From IMG/VR virus record IMGVR_UViG_2579778554_000004: 41,632 nt of DNA; one strand, written 5' to 3'. Shown piece by piece: positions 27,365 to 36,530 of this stretch. Source of the DNA: a virus (lineage: Duplodnaviria; Heunggongvirae; Uroviricota; Caudoviricetes). The translations under genes were made by a program, and so were the position numbers. Position 1 is the first letter of the stretch; every line of letters begins with the position of its first letter. A model generated the notes under the pieces. It had not been told where the DNA came from. It made no database searches and worked only from the letters and a program-made list of their open reading frames with translations.

Positions 27365-28838
27365 ATGCAAAAGGATCATAGTCTGTGATGGCTTTGCCTT
27401 GCTGGTTCTGCTGCCCAGGAATTCGCAGACGCTTCGACACAGGGAAAGCAAACGTCAGCAGTAGCGCATCGCCTTTACCCGGCGAACGCCCAAGCCGCTC
27501 CTTGATATCTTCCTTCGGTTCGATAACGATTTTACCGTCCACACGAACTTTGTACTCTGCTGCCGACAGGTCGTCCGCTGTTTCCTGGTCATCCAGCATG
27601 CCGCCGAGCCTCAGCCATGTCTTGCATGAGTTGAACATCTCCCCACGCTTGTTGAGCATCTGCGGGTCAGTAGACGCGCCACCGAACGGAACAAGTTGCC
27701 ATGTACGACCCCAGCCGTCACCGATTGACTTCAGACCAGTTCCGTAACCGAAGTCGATGAACACTGCGTCAGCCTGGTACTGGTCTTCAAAGTCAGCGAT
27801 ACGCTTCGCCATAATCAGATCGTCAGTGGTCTTGTTGCCAGTCCACAGCACCTTACTGTGCAGCCCCTGCCGCAGGTATATCACAGCGTCATCAACGCCT
27901 GAGTATGCCGGGTCAACGCCGATTATCACCGGAGCATGTGCAACCTGCGCAGCGGTTACCACCCGTTTCATTGCCTCGTCAGTAAGACCGGTAGGGATAA
28001 ACTGCAATTCAGATGCATCAGGGAATATGCCGCGCACACGGATTTTAACGAAGTCGCTATCTTCCCCGTAGTCATCAACCCATTTCTGCAACTGCTGTTT
28101 GTTAGTGCCTTCCACCGTCCGGCTGTCAATCTGCGCAGTTTTCCAGCGGTGTTTATATTTGCGGAAACATTCGCGGAAACGCCCGGTGTTACGTGTAGGG
28201 TTTCCGAACGCTACCCAGATAATCTCAGTGTCTTCGTCCGTAAGCGCACCCTCAGCAACTTCCCACACCAGATCCGCAATGTTCGACGCTTCATCGAATA
28301 CCACGATGATGCGTTTGCGCTCGTTGTGTAGTCCGGCGAACGCCTCAGTGTTGTGCTCAGACCAGGGGATTGCGTCAGCTCGCCACCGCTTGTCGTGCCC
28401 AGGGTCATTGCTGTACATCGCGGTAGCGGTACAGGTAAACCAGTCTTTCGTGATAGCAAGGTTCGACCACTTGATAATTTCCGGCCAGGTCTTCGTTCGT
28501 AGCTGGTTGTCGGTGTTGGCGGTCACCACAACCTTACAATCCTCGCAAGTGGACATGCCCCAGTTGATCAGCATTGAGATGAATGCGGATTTACCAATAC
28601 CGTGACCCGAAGCGCGTGCCAGCATAAGCGGCTGATAGCGCGTCTCTGGATTCTGCAGGTGATCACGTATCTCTCGGAACGCATCAGCCTGCCACTGACG
28701 TGGACCGGTGGCATGTGCCAGTTCAGTCCCATCTTCCCCCCACGGGAACGCATAGAGGGCATAGCCAAGCGGATCGTGAGTGAACCCTGCAATATCCTCG
28801 ATTAACTGCTCTTCAGGAGATAACGCTGTATCTGTCAC
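27363..28838 (-). CDS. Terminase large subunit
   Basis: 491 aa; Walker A-like ARASGHGIGKS; acidic nuclease-type C-terminal half; coupled to small-subunit gene. Confidence 0.9.
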   Translation of the reverse strand: MTDTALSPEEQLIEDIAGFTHDPLGYALYAFPWGEDGTELAHATGPRQWQADAFREIRDHLQNPETRYQPLMLARASGHGIGKSAFISMLINWGMSTCEDCKVVVTANTDNQLRTKTWPEIIKWSNLAITKDWFTCTATAMYSNDPGHDKRWRADAIPWSEHNTEAFAGLHNERKRIIVVFDEASNIADLVWEVAEGALTDEDTEIIWVAFGNPTRNTGRFRECFRKYKHRWKTAQIDSRTVEGTNKQQLQKWVDDYGEDSDFVKIRVRGIFPDASELQFIPTGLTDEAMKRVVTAAQVAHAPVIIGVDPAYSGVDDAVIYLRQGLHSKVLWTGNKTTDDLIMAKRIADFEDQYQADAVFIDFGYGTGLKSIGDGWGRTWQLVPFGGASTDPQMLNKRGEMFNSCKTWLRLGGMLDDQETADDLSAAEYKVRVDGKIVIEPKEDIKERLGRSPGKGDALLLTFAFPVSKRLRIPGQQNQQGKAITDYDPFA

Positions 28839-29509
28839 TGATTACCATCCTGACGTTCTTTGAGTCGCTTCCTGGCTGCTGCTATGCGATCAGCAATTGT
28901 CACATTCACATTAACATCCAGACGTTCTTTGAATGCGTTGACATCAACATGCTTACCAATCAGCTCAAGGTTCTTCACCTTGTCAGGCCATTTAATTTTT
29001 TTGAGGATTGTCTCTATTGAATCCTCGTTCATGTTCATGATGGTCGATGACAGATCAAAGCCACTAAGCGTAGTGCGCCAGATTTTCGGCCACTCACGGA
29101 TTGGTTTAAGGCTCCCATCGTCGTTGAGGATGTCGATCACGTCCATCTGGTCGATCTCCACCAGGCGCATGAGAACGTAATCAGCACTGACACGCATTCG
29201 TTTGTTGCGCTCCTCCATCAACTCGGCAATCCGTTTCTGAATGCGTTCATCGCGCATCATGACACTGGCTTTAACTGCCGCTGTATTTGGGGAGAATCCT
29301 GCGTTAATCGCAGCCTGAGTCTGGTTTTCAGGCGTTTTGATGTATGACTGGCAATAAGCCTCCTGCATTGCTGTGAGCGGCTTAAATTGCGTTGATTTGC
29401 GTTTATAGGTTTTAGGTTCAGCAGGCATCATAACTACCGTGGTAATTGTTACCGTTGTGGTAATAATACCATGCAAAATAAAGCCGCCATAGTTGGCGGC
29501 AGTATTCAA
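28835..29509 (-). CDS. Terminase small subunit (true start may be the internal Met pair near 29431)
   Basis: Immediately upstream of and overlapping large subunit; basic helical N-terminal region. Confidence 0.7.
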   Translation of the reverse strand: MNTAANYGGFILHGIITTTVTITTVVMMPAEPKTYKRKSTQFKPLTAMQEAYCQSYIKTPENQTQAAINAGFSPNTAAVKASVMMRDERIQKRIAELMEERNKRMRVSADYVLMRLVEIDQMDVIDILNDDGSLKPIREWPKIWRTTLSGFDLSSTIMNMNEDSIETILKKIKWPDKVKNLELIGKHVDVNAFKERLDVNVNVTIADRIAAARKRLKERQDGNQ

Positions 29510-29540
29510 AATCCATCAAATTCATCATGCATAATCTACT

Positions 29541-29554
29541 CGTGACATGTCACA
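29541..29554. promoter_or_regulatory. Conserved 14-mer CGTGACATGTCACA (copy 3 of 3), directly upstream of the terminase small-subunit gene
   Basis: Exact 14-mer in the 40-bp gap between the 29550 gene stop and the terminase small-subunit start. Confidence 0.4.
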
Positions 29555-29891
29555 CTATTAATTTCGTTTCATGCCAGCCTTTAGTCACCCAGCATTGTGA
29601 GTCACCATTACACGGACATGAATTAACTGGAACTCTCTCGCCGCACTTACCGCAACGTGTTCTGCTGATCGATTTTATACGCCCGTGCACGCGTGCATCA
29701 TCCTGGCGGATCAGTAACGCTATATACTCACCAAATTCGTAAGGCGCACGCCCGGGGCGACGCGTGGCACAGTTACGCTCCAGAATTTCAATTTCCTGAG
29801 CATCAAGCACAATCTCCAGCTTACGCACACCAGATGCAGCTTGTCTGGCTCTCTGAGCGGCTTTGCGCTCTGCTGCTGATTTAGCCATCAA
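29550..29891 (-). CDS. Hypothetical protein with Cys-rich C-terminal zinc-binding-like motif
   Basis: CGKCGE...CPCNGDSQC cluster; basic N-terminus. Confidence 0.55.
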   Translation of the reverse strand: MMAKSAAERKAAQRARQAASGVRKLEIVLDAQEIEILERNCATRRPGRAPYEFGEYIALLIRQDDARVHGRIKSISRTRCGKCGERVPVNSCPCNGDSQCWVTKGWHETKLIV

Positions 29892-30162
29892 TATTTACCT
29901 TTATCGCGAACACCTTTACCGGTTTATCACCGAAGTGCGGATGTGTGATTGTCTTTATTTCATATCCGTTATACGGGACGTCAATTCTGCGACTGAAGTC
30001 TTCGCGCTTCGGATATCCCTTTGTGATAATCAGGCGGTAATACTTACGGTTAACGAGGCGCTTATTCCAGTAGTCATTACACAGGCGATACTCTTCCGTT
30101 TTCTCCCCGCGAATCATGGCATCGAAGTATTCACCTTTAACGGCAAGTTGCAGGTTAGCCAC
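29881..30162 (-). CDS. Hypothetical protein (possibly ASCH/DUF3850-like)
   Basis: 93-aa ORF in nin-like block; family resemblance from memory only. Confidence 0.5.
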   Translation of the reverse strand: MANLQLAVKGEYFDAMIRGEKTEEYRLCNDYWNKRLVNRKYYRLIITKGYPKREDFSRRIDVPYNGYEIKTITHPHFGDKPVKVFAIKVNIDG

Positions 30163-30949
30163 GGTTAACCTCCTTCGGCGGTTCTGGTAGAGGCATCCAG
30201 TGAGTTACATGTGCCCCGTAATGATTCCAGAACGACGCAACTGGCGCACTGTCTCCATCAGGGACAACCCAGTAATCGTGATGAACTTTATTATTAAGCC
30301 CATCAAACACCAGATACTCTTTACAACTTCCGGGAATGTTCTCAGGCATTCGCTCACTACAGCTTATCCAACCATCCAGAGTTACCGGAGTTGGTCCATC
30401 GAATTCGGGCATGTCAGGACCTTTTCTGATAGCTTTAGCCAGCTCCAGCGGGTCATCGTAAAGCCAGTCGCCAGTTTGTGGGTGATTTGCTTCTGCAAGC
30501 TGCGCAGCCCATTCAAGACCATCTTTTTGACCTTGGAGATAATCAAGTGGCAACTCTTCATGATTACTTGCAGGTTCGGCACCATGAAGCATGGCGGCGC
30601 GGCAGGCGTTCCAGCCTCTCACCTCTGCAATAGCGGCAACAGCATCAACCGCGTACATGCTAAGAGGATTAGGCATTGGTTTTTCTTCCGGTACTACTGG
30701 CACTGGAGGGGTGGCGTAGAGTGGAACTCCTCCCCCTCCACCAGAAAATTCATTGCGAGCGTTATACTCACGACCATCTGCGTCATCACGCATCCACGCC
30801 ACCGGTTCTGCTTCCAGCGAGGCTAACGCTATTTCATAAGCCCGGCGCTCAATATTGTCTCTCACGTCCAGGCTGCCTATGCGCTCTTTGATTTCTTTAA
30901 TCAGTTCTTTGTCGGTAAAAGTGCTCATATCAATCTCCTTTGGTACCAA
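30155..30949 (-). CDS. Hypothetical protein with DUF551-like C-terminal domain
   Basis: C-terminal W...WMPLPEPP motif typical of a common lambdoid-phage domain. Confidence 0.6.
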   Translation of the reverse strand: MVPKEIDMSTFTDKELIKEIKERIGSLDVRDNIERRAYEIALASLEAEPVAWMRDDADGREYNARNEFSGGGGGVPLYATPPVPVVPEEKPMPNPLSMYAVDAVAAIAEVRGWNACRAAMLHGAEPASNHEELPLDYLQGQKDGLEWAAQLAEANHPQTGDWLYDDPLELAKAIRKGPDMPEFDGPTPVTLDGWISCSERMPENIPGSCKEYLVFDGLNNKVHHDYWVVPDGDSAPVASFWNHYGAHVTHWMPLPEPPKEVNRG

Positions 30950-31289
30950 TGTTTACAGCCTGGCAAGCCTCTTTGAGCACCCAGTCAACCGCGTCTTTCC
31001 ATGCTCCGGTTTCGACTGGCGGATTCTCGCGCTTTACCTGTTCATAGAAGCGTACTGCTTTAACCAGTCCTTCTGATGTCACCGAAGCTGGCGGGGCCGT
31101 GAATAACGCCTGAATTTCATAGTTTGGTCTGTCGTTACAATCCTCTTTTGTCGGGACATATTTCCAGTCACCAACCCACTGCTTCCCCTGAAAGTCTGTA
31201 ACGCCTTTTTTCACGTAGCGATATCGCCATGCCACTGGTTTTGCCTGCCCTACCTTTTCATGCCCTTCCTGATAATTAATCTCGCTCAT
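30930..31289 (-). CDS. Hypothetical protein
   Basis: 119-aa ORF co-directional in nin-like block. Confidence 0.55.
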   Translation of the reverse strand: MSEINYQEGHEKVGQAKPVAWRYRYVKKGVTDFQGKQWVGDWKYVPTKEDCNDRPNYEIQALFTAPPASVTSEGLVKAVRFYEQVKRENPPVETGAWKDAVDWVLKEACQAVNIGTKGD

Positions 31290-31462
31290 TCATCGCCCCA
31301 CTCATCACAATATGCTTCGACCGGTGTTTTCCCTGCTTCATAATCATCACGCCATGCTTCAGCATCAGCGGCACTTCCACCGCGTAACTCTGCATAATCC
31401 ATTAACAGTTCATGCCATTCTTCAAAACTGGCGTTATATTTAGTTGAACCAAAATCAGCCAT
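31286..31462 (-). CDS. Hypothetical small acidic protein (58 aa)
   Basis: Hand-translated MADFGSTKYNASFEEWHELLMDYAELRGGSAADAEAWRDDYEAGKTPVEAYCDEWGDE; ATGA overlap with downstream gene. Confidence 0.4.
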   Translation of the reverse strand: MADFGSTKYNASFEEWHELLMDYAELRGGSAADAEAWRDDYEAGKTPVEAYCDEWGDE

Positions 31463-31637
31463 TTTGTTCTTCCTCTTCGTCTTTTATTTCGTGGTATGAG
31501 TAATTGCAGTAGTTAAAGAAAATATCTTTAGCTTCATCCTGTATTTCATCTGGTGTTGCATCATCATCCACTTCGAATTCATCCTCGAAATCTCCACCGG
31601 CTATTCCCGTTTCAATAATTATTTTGAATTTTCGCAT
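31455..31637 (-). CDS. Hypothetical small acidic protein (60 aa)
   Basis: ORF with Asp/Glu-rich composition in nin-like block. Confidence 0.45.
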   Translation of the reverse strand: MRKFKIIIETGIAGGDFEDEFEVDDDATPDEIQDEAKDIFFNYCNYSYHEIKDEEEEQNG

Positions 31638-31850
31638 TTCACTACCGCCCTTTCGGACGGCCTCCTGATGTTCTGAGGGTGCAGAAATCCCTCCGGTTAA
31701 GGATTTGATTTTATTTACAGTGCTAAATTTAATTATTCAGTTCTGGATTTTGTCGCCCTGCATATCCGCGCTTTCGCGTTACGCTCAATCTAAATTAACT
31801 TTTCTATATTTTTCCGCCTTTCCTGTTCCTCCTGGCGCAATAGCCTTACA

Positions 31851-32213
31851 TCATCTGCCAGTCTGGTTTCTCTTTTCGCCACAGAGAGCATCCAGTTCAA
31901 TCGACAATTTTTCCAACTGCTCTTGATGCTTCTTGTATTCCTGATATGCGTGCCAAGACTGACCTTTGCGCACACTATCAGTGATATCAGTAATCTGTTC
32001 TGGTGTTAGCGTGGTCAGTGGCTGTGATGGGAAAATAAGCACTTTCCCGGAATCCCAATCAAAACCAGCGTGAATTGACTGAACCTCAACTGAAGGTGTT
32101 GAACCAATGCTGCCAGGCGAATGAACAACGATTGTTACATCCATATCGCGACGATGGCTGTGGTTGTTGGACAAAATACGATTCACCAACTCAGAAAATT
32201 TGGAAAATTTCAT
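31851..32213 (-). CDS. Hypothetical protein
   Basis: 120-aa ORF, coupled with downstream genes. Confidence 0.55.
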   Translation of the reverse strand: MKFSKFSELVNRILSNNHSHRRDMDVTIVVHSPGSIGSTPSVEVQSIHAGFDWDSGKVLIFPSQPLTTLTPEQITDITDSVRKGQSWHAYQEYKKHQEQLEKLSIELDALCGEKRNQTGR

Positions 32214-32533
32214 GCTGATTCCCCTTTCTCTGCTCTCTCCTGTCGGAACATCACTATCATCAGGTCGCCTTTTGTCGCTATCCTGGCTGTTGTACCTGGT
32301 TCAATGCGGCTAAGCTCAAATGCGTCATAGAACGCTTCTAATGCCTTCTGGCGTAGTTCCTGTTTGCGCCGTTTTTTCCACTGTTTTAGGAAAATGGAAC
32401 CCAGCCATCGCCATGTACGGGACATGATGTAAAGCCAACCGAGAAGTGCCAGACCGGTATTTAGGAGCGTATCGATCGTTATTGTCGTGTCGATATTCAC
32501 TGGCTGCTTCCTTTGCGAATCTGTTCCGCCCAT
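32210..32533 (-). CDS. Hypothetical protein with a hydrophobic segment
   Basis: 107-aa ORF; start may be internal. Confidence 0.45.
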   Translation of the reverse strand: MGGTDSQRKQPVNIDTTITIDTLLNTGLALLGWLYIMSRTWRWLGSIFLKQWKKRRKQELRQKALEAFYDAFELSRIEPGTTARIATKGDLMIVMFRQERAEKGESA

Positions 32534-33060
32534 TCTTCAAGGGATTTCTCCGCATATTCACCAGACAGGCCATCAATCGGATGCGCTTCATTAGCCAACT
32601 CTTCTTTCGCTGACAAAATCATGCGTGTAACGTCGAAAACTTCACGCAAAGACTTATTGATAAATCCGTGATTGAACGCAGCAGCAAGACGGCTGGCGGT
32701 ATAGTTAATCCCCTCGTTGCGTGCCTCCGCACGTATTTCAGCCAGGAAAGCATCGGTGGCTGACATATTTCCTGTTGCCTTCATGGCCTTCAAAATAACC
32801 AGAACGTCATCTTGCCCAACCAACTCGGAGATAATCTCAGTGTTGTCGCCAACAACCTCACAGAATGCCTGAACAGCTTTACGAGCAAGTGCATTCTCCG
32901 CCGCCAGCGCATTAGCACGCACCAGTTGCACTTCCAGTTGCGTTGCCAAATCGCTGATCAGCTTTGCCACACTGCGCATATCAACGGCACCACATTCTGC
33001 TTTCAGTTCCGAAGCCATCTCATGCCCGGCGGCAACTAACCCTTTGATATTACTTTCCAT
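32497..33060 (-). CDS. Hypothetical protein
   Basis: 187-aa ORF in nin-like block. Confidence 0.55.
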   Translation of the reverse strand: MESNIKGLVAAGHEMASELKAECGAVDMRSVAKLISDLATQLEVQLVRANALAAENALARKAVQAFCEVVGDNTEIISELVGQDDVLVILKAMKATGNMSATDAFLAEIRAEARNEGINYTASRLAAAFNHGFINKSLREVFDVTRMILSAKEELANEAHPIDGLSGEYAEKSLEEWAEQIRKGSSQ

Positions 33061-33121
33061 CTTTACCCTCGCTTATCCACATAACTTATTGATTACATTG
33101 ATAACTAAAAAGATCGTCGAT

Positions 33122-33466
33122 TCAGAACTCTTCGATTTTCCATCCGCCACCTGCTTTCTTTGGCTTAACAGTTACCCCGATGATTCGGAACGGATATTGA
33201 TCTGCGGCGACTTTGGTTTTCACCCTGGCGTCGTCGGTCCAGAAACCTTTCACTTCGTGCAGTTCCATCTCTCCGGTGGCGAGCATCACAGCGAAATCTG
33301 GCGTATAGAACGTGTTATCAGCTAACCGCAGCTTGATACCCTCGAATCGATACCAGGCGATTTCCCCTGCACGTTTACGCAGCTCAAGGTGCTGGCAATA
33401 CACAGATTCTGTTTTGTTCATCTGGCCTGTTTTGAGTCGACCAAGAGCCTGTATCTGTTTTCTCAT
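33122..33466 (-). CDS. Hypothetical protein (DUF1064-like, common in lambdoid nin regions)
   Basis: 114-aa ORF downstream of P-like gene; family from memory. Confidence 0.55.
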   Translation of the reverse strand: MRKQIQALGRLKTGQMNKTESVYCQHLELRKRAGEIAWYRFEGIKLRLADNTFYTPDFAVMLATGEMELHEVKGFWTDDARVKTKVAADQYPFRIIGVTVKPKKAGGGWKIEEF

Positions 33467-33469
33467 GAT

Positions 33470-33484
33470 TTACCCCTGAGGTAA
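33470..33484. promoter_or_regulatory. Operator-like palindrome TTACC-N5-GGTAA (site 6)
   Basis: ttacccctgaggtaa. Confidence 0.5.
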
Positions 33485-33551
33485 TTAAAAACCACATAAG
33501 ACACGAAATCAATAGAGTTTAGAATATTTTATTACCCAACAGGTAATTATC

Positions 33552-33566
33552 AAGACGTAAAAAAAT
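33552..33566. promoter_or_regulatory. Operator-like palindrome TTACC-N5-GGTAA (site 7)
   Basis: ttacccaacaggtaa. Confidence 0.5.
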
Positions 33567-33583
33567 GCGCTATCGCGCTGGTA

Positions 33584-34360
33584 TTACTTGATAAATCCTG
33601 CCGCCTTTCCCCGCCTGTATTCCTCCATCAGCCACTGCGCCGGTGTTATTCCCCCCAGGGTGGCGGCGTTAGGCATACACCCGAAACTTCGCCCTGGTGG
33701 ATGGTAAACGTCTCTCCCTGTGTCCGGAGGTGTACTCATGGGTTCTGGCTTTGCCTGTATGCTGATCACCGGATCGGGTATCTGCTGTCCGGAAGCCACC
33801 TTTTTCGCCCAATCATCGAGCAGCCTGCGCGCGTGTTTCTCAACCTCAATCTCGCTAAGCTGGCGCTGATACATTGCACGGCGGGTATCACATACGACCC
33901 AGTACATAACCGGATGTCGCCACGGGAATCTTTCGGGACCACCAGGATATAAACTTTTTTCCTTGCTGTACCGGTGAAACTCCGCCATCACATCGTCAAT
34001 GGTGACGCCAAGAACCATCTTGCTGTCTTTGCACCACTTGATGAATTGCCCAGGCGACGGCCAGAACGGAGATTCACTGGCGCGGGCGTGGCGCATACCA
34101 GCGTTAACCTGTTCCATTGTTGTGATCCCATTCTCCAGAAACGCAAGCATCCATTGCTTACGGAATTCATTAAGTTTGTTCTGCTCCCTTATGGTCGAAA
34201 CGCTTGCAGGAAATGCAGCCTGTAACTGGACAAATAGTTCATTGAAAATTCTAGCAACCTGCTCCTTTTTGCCATTGCTGTCACGCCGCTCTTCATGCAC
34301 AGCAACACCATGCTCACGTAAGCGATCGTACTCATTGAGAAGTTCTGGAGTTGATTTCAT
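33584..34360 (-). CDS. Replication protein P-like (helicase loader)
   Basis: FPAS...RKQWMLAFLENGITTMEQVNAGMR block closely resembles lambda P. Confidence 0.8.
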   Translation of the reverse strand: MKSTPELLNEYDRLREHGVAVHEERRDSNGKKEQVARIFNELFVQLQAAFPASVSTIREQNKLNEFRKQWMLAFLENGITTMEQVNAGMRHARASESPFWPSPGQFIKWCKDSKMVLGVTIDDVMAEFHRYSKEKSLYPGGPERFPWRHPVMYWVVCDTRRAMYQRQLSEIEVEKHARRLLDDWAKKVASGQQIPDPVISIQAKPEPMSTPPDTGRDVYHPPGRSFGCMPNAATLGGITPAQWLMEEYRRGKAAGFIK

Positions 34361-35180
34361 CCCACACCCCTTCTATCCAGTCAGTGTTATTCCAGTCAAG
34401 CTCATCGCTTTTCCCGGCGTTTTTTGATTTTCCCCTGATATGATTTACGTGCCTGGCGAATTTTTGTTCCCACTGAACCTGCGTGAACACTTTGCCCTCA
34501 GCCATCCAGTAATCCCGGAATGCAGCAAGTTCAGCAGGTGTAAATTCCGGTTCCGGCAGGGCCGTTCCCCACAGCGCAGCACGCCGTCGAAAATCCGGCG
34601 ACGGATGCCAGCCATCGGTCATCGGAAATTTCCCGATGGGTTCACTCAGGCCATCCAGAAATTCAGGTTCAGCCACCTGCAACGGCATACCGTTCGCTTC
34701 ACTGGTCGGAGCACCCTCGCGCACGTGCGCTATGTGTGGGGTTTTATATATATCTTCCTCTTCCTCTTCCTCTGGTAACTCCTTTTGTAACGCTGTTGGC
34801 GTTACTTTTTGCGTTACTCGTTTTCGATGCTCTGCCACTCTTCTATTCGTAAGTGCACGTTTTTTCGATGATTCTCCATTATGTCGCTCAAAGTTTGGAA
34901 GAATTAGTTTGCCGTCATGATAAGCAAGCCATCCGACGCTAATGAGGGCGTCAGCAAATCCTGTAATAAAAGCGAGTCTATCAAGTACTCCTTTTGTAAC
35001 GCTGCCAGCGTTACCGTCTATTGTTTGCTGGTCAGCCCATGCCCATATACGAACCAGCTTTCCAAGAACAGCATCTGGATCAATACCCAGAATTTCTGCT
35101 ATCTGAAAAATTTCAGGTTTATCAGGAGTGATAACTTCAACCTTAATCCAGCTGCTTGCCATAGGTTTCCCCTCTTGCAC
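34332..35180 (-). CDS. Replication initiator (O-like position) with DnaT-like C-terminal region
   Basis: Position upstream of P-like gene; acidic linker EEEEEED. Confidence 0.6.
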   Translation of the reverse strand: MQEGKPMASSWIKVEVITPDKPEIFQIAEILGIDPDAVLGKLVRIWAWADQQTIDGNAGSVTKGVLDRLAFITGFADALISVGWLAYHDGKLILPNFERHNGESSKKRALTNRRVAEHRKRVTQKVTPTALQKELPEEEEEEDIYKTPHIAHVREGAPTSEANGMPLQVAEPEFLDGLSEPIGKFPMTDGWHPSPDFRRRAALWGTALPEPEFTPAELAAFRDYWMAEGKVFTQVQWEQKFARHVNHIRGKSKNAGKSDELDWNNTDWIEGVWDEINSRTSQ

Positions 35181-35355
35181 TCTTTAGTGCACAAGCAAAT
35201 TCATTACGATGGCGGTTGGCGCTATTCATTGCACATTCAACACATGTTCCGTTCAGAACATACCTTTCAGAGAGATGGCCGTGACGGCACCGCTTTCCTG
35301 TGAAATAGCGATTTAACCCGGCTTTTGCGGCCTCCATTCTGGTTACTATCTTCAA
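35143..35355 (-). CDS. Small zinc-ribbon protein (cII position); putative regulator
   Basis: C-x-H...C-x2-C cluster; position after Cro-like gene. Confidence 0.5.
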   Translation of the reverse strand: MKIVTRMEAAKAGLNRYFTGKRCRHGHLSERYVLNGTCVECAMNSANRHRNEFACALKSARGETYGKQLD

Positions 35356-35433
35356 TTTTTCCGCCCCTTTTTGTTATTGATATTGGCTATTTTGCACAAT
35401 TGGAAAATTTGATCAACCAGATTTGGTTTTTTA

Positions 35434-35448
35434 TTACCTTTGAGGTAC
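35434..35448. promoter_or_regulatory. Operator-like palindrome, imperfect (TTACC-N5-GGTAC) (site 8)
   Basis: ttacctttgaggtac. Confidence 0.4.
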
Positions 35449-35503
35449 GAATAGATATGAAAAGACCGCCGGGTGGCGGTCTACAGAGGGTTGTAGCTGG
35501 ATA

Positions 35504-35734
35504 TCATGAGTAGAAGAAGTATGCCAGTTCTGCTTTTGAGCGCAGCCATTGTCTTGTTTTACAGGCTTTAAAAAGCCCATTCATCAATACTTTACCTGGC
35601 ATTTTGCGCTTACCTGTTAAGTGAGTCTGGATATAGTGACTCGTCGTTCCGGCTTCCTGTGCGAAGGCTTCACGCTCATCCGGAGTAAGTGCAAGCCAGT
35701 GCTTTTTGAAATCGAAATGTCCGTTATCGCTCAT
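35504..35734 (-). CDS. Cro-like small DNA-binding regulator
   Basis: 76 aa; divergent from repressor gene across an operator cluster; first gene of the replication-side operon. Confidence 0.6.
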   Translation of the reverse strand: MSDNGHFDFKKHWLALTPDEREAFAQEAGTTSHYIQTHLTGKRKMPGKVLMNGLFKACKTRQWLRSKAELAYFFYS

Positions 35735-35770
35735 AGCTATTGCCTGATATTTATTTCAGATAATAAATAT

Positions 35771-35833
35771 TCACCCATAAGGTAACAAAAATCAAGGATA
35801 GTTACCCATGAGGTGCATTTACCTGTTGGGTAA
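35771..35833. promoter_or_regulatory. Immunity-region operator cluster: three tandem palindromes (sites 9-11) between Cro-like and repressor genes
   Basis: tCACCcataaGGTAA 35771-35785, TTACCcatgaGGTgc 35802-35816, TTACCtgttgGGTAA 35819-35833. Confidence 0.6.
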
Positions 35834-35888
35834 TATTGCTTTAAATTGAATCATCTACTGATTCATATATGAGGCGATTTTCCAGAAA

Positions 35889-36473
35889 ATGAAAAGTATC
35901 CAGGACGTCCGCAGGCAAAATCTCAACGACTTGATCGACCGTGAATTCAATGGTGTTCAGACGCGGATGGCAGAAAAACTTGGAACTCAGGCAAATCTGG
36001 TAAACCGCTGGGCTCTTGGCAAGAAGGTTATCGGCGACCAGGTTGCGCGAAAAATTGAAGCTGCCGCCAATAAACCACGTAACTGGCTTGATATCGATCG
36101 CTCGCTTTCTCAGGAAGGTTTTCAGCCTGTCGGCCCAAGCGACATTGGTCAGCTGGCGGCTCACAACCTGGAACGCTGGATGAGCGAAAGCCGCGACCTT
36201 TCAACTCAGGGAAAACTTCACCGCGCATCCGGCGTCGCCCAGGTGACAATCAGCCGCCTGTTAAACAATGAGGTCAGTGTTTCCATTTCCACCCTGGAGA
36301 ATGTTGCATCAGCATTCGGGCGTCACGGCTATGAATTACTGATTCACCCGCACGACCCTGCGACCATCAACTATGACCGCTCGCGCTACGCATTGTTACC
36401 CGAAACCGAGAAAGCAAAGATCGAAAGTTACATTGAATTTGTCATCAACCAGAACGAAAAAAACAAACAATAA
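35889..36473 (+). CDS. Prophage repressor (CI-like), tandem HTH domains, no autocleavage domain
   Basis: Two XRE-type HTH regions; no Ser-Lys peptidase motif seen; divergent from Cro-like gene. Confidence 0.75.
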   Translation: MKSIQDVRRQNLNDLIDREFNGVQTRMAEKLGTQANLVNRWALGKKVIGDQVARKIEAAANKPRNWLDIDRSLSQEGFQPVGPSDIGQLAAHNLERWMSESRDLSTQGKLHRASGVAQVTISRLLNNEVSVSISTLENVASAFGRHGYELLIHPHDPATINYDRSRYALLPETEKAKIESYIEFVINQNEKNKQ

Positions 36474-36493
36474 AATCATATTTTTCAGTAAGT

Positions 36494-36517
36494 AAGCCGC
36501 CTTCTGGCGGCTTTTTT
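36494..36517 (+). terminator. Intrinsic terminator after repressor gene
   Basis: GCCGCC-ttct-GGCGGC followed by TTTTTT. Confidence 0.75.
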
Positions 36518-36530
36518 ATTGCCTATACTA

